Of a DNA stretch of 64,000 bases, positions 9,593 to 16,770 are shown piece after piece. The stretch spans positions 64,001 to 128,000 of the IMG/VR virus record IMGVR_UViG_3300045988_160113. One strand, written 5' to 3'. The notes under the pieces were generated by a model that did no database searches, was not told the DNA's origin, and worked only from the letters and a program-made list of their open reading frames with translations. The stretch is from a virus. Position numbers and translations under genes: made by a program. How positions within the stretch are numbered: position 1 is the first letter of the stretch; every line of letters begins with the position of its first letter.

Positions 9593-10153
9593 TTAGAGCT
9601 TCCCATCCCTAGAAAGCGTATTATAATATCCAATGATAAAAGCATATTCAACATCCATTTGTCCATTTGTCAAGTTATTAGCCTTCAACAACTCATTATA
9701 TTTTTTGTGAATGTCAAATATATGATTGAAATCATCTAAAGTGGGGACTGTAACACCATGACGGCATTGTGTGGCGAAGTGGAGAATTTCATATCTAATG
9801 CGGTCAATTTCATTCTTGTCAACTTTTTCATTGAGAAGTTTTATCATATCATTTTGCGCGCGGTTTGTGTTTTCAATATCATCAAGTCGTTCATGGATAT
9901 CATCAATTTTACTAAAAATTTCCCCATAAATTTCTTCTTGATGAATTTTGAATTGTTCAATCAATGTGTCTGCGGTTTGTTTAGAAATTTCTTGAATTCT
10001 ATCTTTCCTTTTTTGTTCTCGCTTGGCGACACGTTTTTTGCCCGCGGTCGTAAATGTTTCCCAAAATTTGACTATTCCTAAAATTGCGCCGAGAAATCCC
10101 GCAATAGCAATGACTCCGCCAGAGAGATACTGTAAGTATTGTAAAATCATCAC
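9593..10153 (-). CDS. hypothetical membrane-anchored coiled-coil protein
   Basis: N-terminal hydrophobic segment GGVIAIAGFLGAILGIV followed by a charged helical region. Confidence 0.55.
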   Translation of the reverse strand: MMILQYLQYLSGGVIAIAGFLGAILGIVKFWETFTTAGKKRVAKREQKRKDRIQEISKQTADTLIEQFKIHQEEIYGEIFSKIDDIHERLDDIENTNRAQNDMIKLLNEKVDKNEIDRIRYEILHFATQCRHGVTVPTLDDFNHIFDIHKKYNELLKANNLTNGQMDVEYAFIIGYYNTLSRDGKL

Positions 10154-10214
10154 AACACCTCCCTTATCAAAGATAAGTAGTTTTAGTGACGGTAATTTAC
10201 AATGTTTTGAGCAC

Positions 10215-10595
10215 TCAAGGCGGAGTCAAATAATCATTATGAAATTTTGATTTTACGAGATATTGTGGTCGAAATAAATCGTTGAAATTATAAATTGTAG
10301 AAAGTTCCCAATAAGGAATACGGTAGAGTTTGAAATTGCGCGCGAGACAATAAGAATTTTTCTTACGGTCTCGTTCACGCGCGGCAAGATAACCTTTATG
10401 GTTTGTAAATTGAGAGATTTGTTGATAATGCTGAATACCATCATATTCAATATGAATTTGATAATCTGGCAAATAAAAATCAAATCTCAATGGGACATTT
10501 TTCTTTCCATGTAAATCTGGATAAGTTTTTTCTCTTTCAAACTTCACGTGCGCTGCGCGCAGAAGAGAAACAATGTAATCTTCTCCTTTACTCAT
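10215..10595 (-). CDS. PD-(D/E)XK (Vsr/DUF559-like) endonuclease-like protein
   Basis: LRFDFYLPDYQIHIEYDGIQHY core; start reassigned to ATG 10595 (MSKGEDY), which overlaps the ligase stop as ATGA. Confidence 0.5.
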   Translation of the reverse strand: MSKGEDYIVSLLRAAHVKFEREKTYPDLHGKKNVPLRFDFYLPDYQIHIEYDGIQHYQQISQFTNHKGYLAARERDRKKNSYCLARNFKLYRIPYWELSTIYNFNDLFRPQYLVKSKFHNDYLTPP

Positions 10596-11706
10596 TGGCA
10601 ATCTGAGAAAATTCGCACTCGCGTGCAGTCTTATCGGTTCGCCACTCAATAATCTTTGCATGACGGAACTTGAATGTATCCGGTTCAATTTCCATAGCAT
10701 TGATAGACACTACACGGTCAGTCCAGTTCTCTGGATTTTTGACAATACCTTCCTTGACTTCTTCAGTAATACCAGAAATCCAACCTACGGGATAAACTTC
10801 ATCGTTTCGATAGACACCAATTTCTACCGCGCTTGCCCAGTCATTATAATATCCCTTTGAAATTGGGTAATAAGGTTCACCAAGACTATACTGTTTATAG
10901 TAATCACCATAAACTTTTTCGCCTGTCTGCTCATTTAGCCAATATTTCCAATCTTCAATATGGTCACCATTATAAGCGCGTGTAGAAGGCTTATAACGAC
11001 CAGTCAGGAAACAATCAATGTAATTATCAAGTTCTTTCTTGATTTTGAGAGTTTTCTGTGCTGTGCGTTTACCTGGTTCAGCATGAGAATCAGCACGTGT
11101 AATAACAATACCTTCGCCACCAGAAGACATAACTCTCATAAGTTCATTCCAAAGAGCATCCCCTTCATAATACTTAGCAAAGCGAATATAAGAAGCATCC
11201 TGATACTTTTCGGCAATTTTAGCAAGAAGGTCAAAGCGTTCGCGCGCAGTGAGAGAAAGACAAGAATGACCATTATATGCCCATACGTCGAAGACATAAT
11301 ACCATAAGTATCCACTCTTTTCTTGACGAGCAATGGCTTTATCTTTCAGGCAACCCATAAAAGTCGTAACTTTTCGACTTGCACTATCTTTTTCAAGATG
11401 AATTTCACCAAGGAGGCAAGTACCATTAGGAAGAGCATTAAAGAAAGGTCTAAGTTGAGGAACCCATTCAAGTTTATCTGTCATCTCACCTTTGACATTT
11501 TCATTGCGCGCGCAAAGAAATAGATTACCATCTTCATCCTTTGTAAGCCTATAGTATACTCCATCGCGTTTCTCACTACCAAGATAATCTCCAGAATAGA
11601 TACGATTATGAATGTCAATTTTTACATTGGCTTTATTTTTTGCGAAAGACCAGTACTTCTCTGCTGGGAGATGATAAAAATCAATTCCATCAATATATCC
11701 ATTCAT
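10588..11706 (-). CDS. ATP-dependent DNA ligase
   Basis: Nucleotidyltransferase motif I SEKRDGVY (KxDG); LLGEIHL; EGIVITR; LKIKKE. Confidence 0.7.
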   Translation of the reverse strand: MNGYIDGIDFYHLPAEKYWSFAKNKANVKIDIHNRIYSGDYLGSEKRDGVYYRLTKDEDGNLFLCARNENVKGEMTDKLEWVPQLRPFFNALPNGTCLLGEIHLEKDSASRKVTTFMGCLKDKAIARQEKSGYLWYYVFDVWAYNGHSCLSLTARERFDLLAKIAEKYQDASYIRFAKYYEGDALWNELMRVMSSGGEGIVITRADSHAEPGKRTAQKTLKIKKELDNYIDCFLTGRYKPSTRAYNGDHIEDWKYWLNEQTGEKVYGDYYKQYSLGEPYYPISKGYYNDWASAVEIGVYRNDEVYPVGWISGITEEVKEGIVKNPENWTDRVVSINAMEIEPDTFKFRHAKIIEWRTDKTARECEFSQIANE

Positions 11707-12584
11707 AAATTACATTTCTCCTTTATATAATTATAGTTTATTTTATCAAAATCTGTATATGGGATTTCTATAAGTGGGATATTATTTTCTTTACAATATT
11801 CTTTTTTCATATTATCAGAATTTTCTTTATTCCACAAATTATTTTTATCATAATGTTGTTCACCTTGATATTCAATTAGACAATATAACTTATTATCAAT
11901 AAAAATAGCAAAATCAAAACGTAATGGATATATATTTTTTAGTTCTTGAAAAGAAAATTGTGTTTTGTAAGAAATATTATTTTTTTGTAAAATAGATAAT
12001 ATTTTTTGTTCTCCTTTAGAATTCATACAACCACAACTTTTTTTCGCTCCAGAGCATAATCTGCTAGTTGTAGATGAAGTAATATTACCACAATCACATT
12101 TACATTCCCAAATACTTTGTTTGTTTTTATCTTGTCCTATTTTTCTTATTACTACTAATTTTCCAAAACGCATATTAGTAATATCTTTTTCTACACATTT
12201 TTTGTAAAAATTTTCTTCTCTTAGACAACCGCAAGATTGTGTTTGCCCACTATGTAATCGTGAACTAACTACGGAACAAATATTGCCACAATCACATTGA
12301 CAAATCCATTTTATTTTTTTATCGTTAGATAGTTCTATATCTTTTTTTATAACAGTTAGTCTTCCGTATCTATTACCAACTTCAGAACAATTTTTACAAT
12401 CTTTACTGGTTCCTTTTGTTAAACATTGAGTATTTACTTCTTTTTCGTTGCCACATTCGCAACGACATAACCATTTTCTATTTCCTTTATATTCTATAAC
12501 TGTCCATTTGCTATTTTCTACTCCATGTTCTTTCATAACCCAACCAGTCATATCTATAAAATTATGAGGTCTTTTAGTTTTCAT
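11703..12584 (-). CDS. homing-endonuclease-like protein: Zn-ribbon repeats plus PD-(D/E)XK-like core
   Basis: Three W.C.C.CGN....SR/L.SG...SCGC modules; C-terminal LRFDFAIFIDNKLYCLIEYQGEQHY; paralog of 5964-6710. Confidence 0.5.
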   Translation of the reverse strand: MKTKRPHNFIDMTGWVMKEHGVENSKWTVIEYKGNRKWLCRCECGNEKEVNTQCLTKGTSKDCKNCSEVGNRYGRLTVIKKDIELSNDKKIKWICQCDCGNICSVVSSRLHSGQTQSCGCLREENFYKKCVEKDITNMRFGKLVVIRKIGQDKNKQSIWECKCDCGNITSSTTSRLCSGAKKSCGCMNSKGEQKILSILQKNNISYKTQFSFQELKNIYPLRFDFAIFIDNKLYCLIEYQGEQHYDKNNLWNKENSDNMKKEYCKENNIPLIEIPYTDFDKINYNYIKEKCNL

Positions 12585-12619
12585 GATTCACCTCTATATA
12601 ATTCTTTATTATACTTTTA

Positions 12620-12648
12620 TTATATTTCATTTTTCTTCAAAAGTCAAA
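12620..12648 (-). promoter_or_regulatory. promoter cassette
   Basis: reverse strand: TTGACT (12643-12648), 17 bp, TATAAT (12620-12625). Confidence 0.6.
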
Positions 12649-12726
12649 TTTCTTTTATATGAAAATGCTATACTTTTCTTTCAAAATATTTACTTCAAAA
12701 TAGAATAGAATTATAGGAGGCGCGCA

Positions 12727-12822
12727 ATGAATAAGAAATTACTTTATGCTGCGGCCGCGGCTTCAAGACGACGTATGTTGATTATGCGTCTTATTTGTGC
12801 TCTTGGTGGTGGATTGAAGTGA
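12727..12822 (+). CDS. hypothetical 31-aa peptide
   Basis: ATG with AGGAGG RBS; stop overlaps the GTG of the next ORF (GTGA). Confidence 0.35.
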   Translation: MNKKLLYAAAAASRRRMLIMRLICALGGGLK

Positions 12823-13136
12823 AAAAAGAAAAACAAAAAAAGAAAATCGAAGCATCAAAATTATTTACTGATTTATCTTTTGGCTTGGCTTTTGGTTTTG
12901 TAATTTTTTGTTGCTATGAAATGCATAGACTACAAGACCTTACTCCTATTACTTATCTTGGTGGAGGAATTTTGATTTTACTTGGTATTGTAGTAAATGC
13001 CTATATGAAACGTGCTGCGGCAAAAGATTTAGCACGACAGAAAATATATGAAACTCAAATGCTTTCAAAAATAAAACAAAAATATGGCGATGATTACCAA
13101 GAAGGAGAAGCACACGATACTGATGTAAAGATATAA
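12819..13136 (+). CDS. small membrane protein
   Basis: Two hydrophobic segments (LSFGLAFGFVIFCCY, GGGILILLGIVVNAY); start uncertain (GTG 12819, against TTG 12795 in the track). Confidence 0.45.
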   Translation: MKKEKQKKKIEASKLFTDLSFGLAFGFVIFCCYEMHRLQDLTPITYLGGGILILLGIVVNAYMKRAAAKDLARQKIYETQMLSKIKQKYGDDYQEGEAHDTDVKI

Positions 13137-13138
13137 TA

Positions 13139-13163
13139 AGAGGGTTGGAAATTCCAACCCTCT
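13139..13163. terminator. bidirectional intrinsic terminator between convergent genes
   Basis: AGAGGGTTGG-aaatt-CCAACCCTCT with flanking A/T tracts. Confidence 0.7.
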
Positions 13164-13166
13164 ATT

Positions 13167-13709
13167 TTATTCTGCACAACGAATAAGCCAATTTACAAAG
13201 GCATTCGCTTCATCTTGAAGATTATCAAGAGTAGAATTATTATTTACAAAATAATGATAAGGATAATTTTCAACACCATCATCTGAATCATTACCCATTA
13301 TTTTATTTGCCTCATCACGACGAACAAAAACTGCTGTTGCTCCATATTTATAAACATAATCATGGATTTCTTTTGGTTCGCGTACCATAATAAGAATATA
13401 TGTTGGATATGGAGTATCATTGAGACGGTCATATCTATTGGCTACATCTTCAACATTTTTCATAGTCAAATTTCCCCAAGGAGAATTTACTAATACTTTC
13501 TTCATATCGCTCAAAAACTTGCGCGCTTCTGGTGTTTTTTTACCATCCCATCCTGCGCGCGCAACAAGGTCTTTTACAAGACTTACTGAGGAATAAACAT
13601 ATGCTCTTCGACCACGAATACCGAGTTCTTTTGTTGTGTAATCAGCAAAACTCGATTTTCCTGACCTGGCATGACCATTAACAATTACATACTTAACCAT
13701 TTTCTGCAT
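13167..13709 (-). CDS. P-loop nucleotide kinase (dNMP-kinase-like)
   Basis: Walker A VNGHARSGKSSF near the N-terminus; about 180 aa. Confidence 0.5.
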   Translation of the reverse strand: MQKMVKYVIVNGHARSGKSSFADYTTKELGIRGRRAYVYSSVSLVKDLVARAGWDGKKTPEARKFLSDMKKVLVNSPWGNLTMKNVEDVANRYDRLNDTPYPTYILIMVREPKEIHDYVYKYGATAVFVRRDEANKIMGNDSDDGVENYPYHYFVNNNSTLDNLQDEANAFVNWLIRCAE

Positions 13710-14190
13710 TTCTCCTTCCTATTACTGCTAAGCTATCAGCATAATTATTCCATTGAGAAGTAAAATTATCCCCTTTTTGATGGCCTCTTACTTTTCGATA
13801 TTCAAATCGCGTATCATCAAAAGTTGGAATGAGTTCCTCCCATAGCTTTTTATTTGCTACTGGTGTCTTTTGAGATGTCATCCAACCATTAGTCATCCAT
13901 TTCAAATACCATCCTTGATTAGCACAATTTATAAGATAAGCACTATCTGTATAAATAATATATTCAAGTTCTCTAACAAAACCATTCTTACTCATCAAAT
14001 TTTTCTTGATATACTTTACTGCTTCTACTGCGGCAGTAAGTTCACCCCAGTTATTAGTGGTTCCTTTTTGACCACCATACTTAGAACAAACTATATTTTC
14101 TTTATCATCAAGAATAACATAACCCCAACCGCCTACTTGATTAGGTTGACCATTTCTTGTGCTAGCACCATCAGTAAAAATATAATACAT
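13693..14190 (-). CDS. ribonuclease HI
   Basis: FTDGAS, NNWGELTA, IYTDSAY, RGHQKGD...NNYADSLA (DEDD catalytic pattern). Confidence 0.85.
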   Translation of the reverse strand: MYYIFTDGASTRNGQPNQVGGWGYVILDDKENIVCSKYGGQKGTTNNWGELTAAVEAVKYIKKNLMSKNGFVRELEYIIYTDSAYLINCANQGWYLKWMTNGWMTSQKTPVANKKLWEELIPTFDDTRFEYRKVRGHQKGDNFTSQWNNYADSLAVIGRRNAENG

Positions 14191-14192
14191 AA

Positions 14193-14606
14193 TTATCCTT
14201 TCTTATAATAAGCGTCATAAATATAAGTAGCAATATCCAATGGTAATTTTTCATTATAAGATACTTCATGACAAAAATCAAGAGGAATAACTTTACCCTT
14301 ATTATTTTTCATGATAGGTTTCCATTTGAAATTATTTTTATATTTACGTTTGAATTTTATATAGGTAAGCAAATTAGTATTCAAATATAATGTTTTGTTT
14401 ATCATATTTGAATACATAGAAGCAATTTCAAATGTAGTAAGGTGATATTTAGATTTTGGATTGAAATGATATAATACTACATTATTATCTTTTACAATAG
14501 AATGTAAATATACAAATGAACTATTCAAAAATCTATCATAGTTATTATAATTTTTTTCCATTTCTTTTTTTGCCATAACATCATAATTTGAAGTATAATC
14601 TTCCAT
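14193..14606 (-). CDS. hypothetical protein
   Basis: 137 aa, first gene of the minus-strand arm, AGGAGGG RBS. Confidence 0.55.
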   Translation of the reverse strand: MEDYTSNYDVMAKKEMEKNYNNYDRFLNSSFVYLHSIVKDNNVVLYHFNPKSKYHLTTFEIASMYSNMINKTLYLNTNLLTYIKFKRKYKNNFKWKPIMKNNKGKVIPLDFCHEVSYNEKLPLDIATYIYDAYYKKG

Positions 14607-14638
14607 TTATTATAACCCTCCTATTTTATTATAATTAT

Positions 14639-14666
14639 ATTATACCAGATTTTTGAAGAAAATCAA
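14639..14666 (-). promoter_or_regulatory. promoter of the minus-strand arm
   Basis: reverse strand: TTGATT (14661-14666), 16 bp, TATAAT (14639-14644). Confidence 0.5.
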
Positions 14667-14806
14667 ATTTTGACTTTTGAAGAAAAATATATTATTTCGC
14701 GCGGGCGCGCATTTTATTATAATGTATAAATAATGGATGGCTGTACAAATTTGATTTTTCCTGAAAATTTTGGTATAGTATTTATAGAAAGTGAGGGTGA
14801 TAAGAA

Positions 14807-15103
14807 ATGGCTAAGTTGTCTGACGAAAAAATTGCTGAAATCCAAAAGCGATATGCTGAATGTGGTGTCTATGCTCAAGTTGCCAGAGAACTTGGTGTAT
14901 CTCCTGCTACCGTCAAGAAGTATGTTTCTTCCTCTGACTCTGCGCGCAGTTCAAAAGTTAGTGTTCCTATTACCAAATTTGAGAGTGAACCTCTTCCTAT
15001 TGAACAAATTGTGTCCCCTTTGACTCATCAAGGTTGGCTAGACTGGTGTTCATTTACTGACGATGATTTGAAAAGTGTTGAAAGTCTGAAAGGAGAATTA
15101 TAA
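14807..15103 (+). CDS. HTH DNA-binding protein
   Basis: YAQVARELGVSPATVKKYV helix-turn-helix; first plus-strand gene after the divergent region. Confidence 0.5.
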   Translation: MAKLSDEKIAEIQKRYAECGVYAQVARELGVSPATVKKYVSSSDSARSSKVSVPITKFESEPLPIEQIVSPLTHQGWLDWCSFTDDDLKSVESLKGEL

Positions 15104-15393
15104 TGAAGTGGTTTACACTTGAAGAAACTCCATATCATAATAACGAATGGACTATTCGACCTTCTAATAAATTTTATGAAACTTTTAGTGGTATTCATGG
15201 TTCTTATCTTGTTTATCCTGCGCGCTTGTGTGGATTTACATATGGAGACTGGTGTAGATACTGCCGAGATAATTATCAAGCAAAACTCTATGGTGGTTCT
15301 AAATATATTGTTGTAACTTTTCCTAACAAGGAAGATGCAAATACTTTAGCAAAATTTTTAGATGACAGAATGAATAAAATTGTAAAGGAGTAA
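15103..15393 (+). CDS. hypothetical protein
   Basis: 96 aa, ATGA overlap with the upstream gene. Confidence 0.55.
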   Translation: MKWFTLEETPYHNNEWTIRPSNKFYETFSGIHGSYLVYPARLCGFTYGDWCRYCRDNYQAKLYGGSKYIVVTFPNKEDANTLAKFLDDRMNKIVKE

Positions 15394-15398
15394 TTGAA

Positions 15399-15887
15399 AT
15401 GAAGGAAAAGAAGATTTATAAGATTGAGAATGAGGCTGCAAAGAAGAATCCTAAGCGCAATTACATTGAGTATTATGTGAACGAAGAGAAGAAGATTGTG
15501 ACCGCAGTTTTGACTGGCGTGCGTCAGGAAATGTCGAATATGTTTGAAAAGAAGTTTGCTAATGCTGGTTTTTCTGCGCGCCGCGATACTTGGTTTCTTG
15601 GTGGAATCGAAGCACTTTCTGATGTTATGAAGTTTATTCCTGATAAGATTGTAGCAAGTGCTACTTGCGCGCCAGAAGATGAATTTGATGTAGAGTTTGG
15701 TTGTAGTCTTGCTCGTATGCGTCTAATTGAAAAGCTTTATACGTATCGTGAGAGAGTTTCTTATGACCTGGCAGTAAAAGTTGGCATGATTCAGTGCGCT
15801 CTTATGGATTACAGTGAATTCTGCGGTATCAAGATTGAAAACCTTATGGAAGATATTGATGTTACTCTTTCCGAGCATAACTGGTAA
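15399..15887 (+). CDS. hypothetical protein
   Basis: 162 aa with AAGGAG RBS. Confidence 0.6.
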   Translation: MKEKKIYKIENEAAKKNPKRNYIEYYVNEEKKIVTAVLTGVRQEMSNMFEKKFANAGFSARRDTWFLGGIEALSDVMKFIPDKIVASATCAPEDEFDVEFGCSLARMRLIEKLYTYRERVSYDLAVKVGMIQCALMDYSEFCGIKIENLMEDIDVTLSEHNW

Positions 15888-15895
15888 TCAATAAT

Positions 15896-15923
15896 TTGAT
15901 TTTTACTAAAATTCAACTATAAT
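15896..15923 (+). promoter_or_regulatory. promoter
   Basis: TTGATT (15896-15901), 16 bp, TATAAT (15918-15923). Confidence 0.5.
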
Positions 15924-15954
15924 AAATATATAATCAATAAAGGAGATATGTAAA

Positions 15955-16275
15955 ATGGAAATGGAAAAGATGGCTATCAAGGCTCAGGCAGAAACCCGCG
16001 CAAATCTCTATCGTATTGTTACTGATGCTCTTGGTAGCGAAAATTTTGCTACTCAGCCAATCAAGGGTGGCCGTCTGATTGATCTCAACAATGGTTATTA
16101 TGCTAAGGTTTCTATTAGTATTATTGACCCCAATAATGTTGAACCTGCGATTCAGGCATATGCCGACCAGATGCGTGTGAATGCTGCTCGTGCTGCTGAG
16201 CGCGCAGAAAAGGAAGCAGAAAAGGCTCGTAAGGCCGCAGAGCGTGCGGCTAAGCGTGGAGAGAAGACCGAGTAA
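15955..16275 (+). CDS. hypothetical protein with Lys/Ala/Glu-rich basic tail
   Basis: 106 aa; AAGGAG RBS; C-terminal AARAAERAEKEAEKARKAAERAAKRGEK. Confidence 0.6.
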   Translation: MEMEKMAIKAQAETRANLYRIVTDALGSENFATQPIKGGRLIDLNNGYYAKVSISIIDPNNVEPAIQAYADQMRVNAARAAERAEKEAEKARKAAERAAKRGEKTE

Positions 16276-16291
16276 AAAAAAGAATAGATAA

Positions 16292-16317
16292 CGCCACAGG
16301 AAGCAATTCCTGTGGCG
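16292..16317 (+). terminator. stem-loop downstream of 15955-16275
   Basis: CGCCACAGG-aagcaatt-CCTGTGGCG; no clear U-tract. Confidence 0.4.
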
Positions 16318-16341
16318 CATAGTCATATTTGGAGGTAAATT

Positions 16342-16686
16342 ATGGAGAATATTATCGAGTTAGAAGTTGTAAATAAAAGTATTAGCACTAAATTTAGACA
16401 GAATAACTATGTTAGTGCTGGTGATGTGTATAAATTCAATTTTTCAAATGCTTGGGAGAAATTTTTAGGAGAGAATGCGCGCCTTCAAGCAACTTATTTG
16501 ATTGAGAATGGAAGACAAGATATTTATTACTTTGACCCACTAAAAGATTGTAAAAGTAACGCACCTGAGGAATTATTTAGAGAAGAAAATGAAGGAAAAA
16601 CTGTTTATCTTGGTGTTTGTGGTGTGCATGAAGACGGCACTATTTACCCCAGTGTTTATTATCGTTTAGGCGCTATCCGTCTATAA
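16342..16686 (+). CDS. hypothetical structural protein, paralog of the N-terminus of the next gene
   Basis: MENIIELEVVNKS...VYLGVCGVHEDGTIYPSVYYRLGAIRL aligns with MESTIELSVLKKE...VYFGIKGTY...YTTPYFRLGVLERG of 16771-19344. Confidence 0.55.
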   Translation: MENIIELEVVNKSISTKFRQNNYVSAGDVYKFNFSNAWEKFLGENARLQATYLIENGRQDIYYFDPLKDCKSNAPEELFREENEGKTVYLGVCGVHEDGTIYPSVYYRLGAIRL

Positions 16687-16770
16687 AATTCCTGATAGAT
16701 ATTCTTTTTTGCTATACGATGTAGTCCAAAAAATCACTTTATATTACAAGACGTATTGTGAGGTGATGAA

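Noticed and set aside
10596-10700. N-terminal 35 codons of track ORF 10215-10700 overlapping the ligase gene
   Set aside because: The internal ATG at 10595 overlaps the ligase stop (ATGA) and begins the conserved part. The upstream extension lies inside the ligase coding sequence in another frame.
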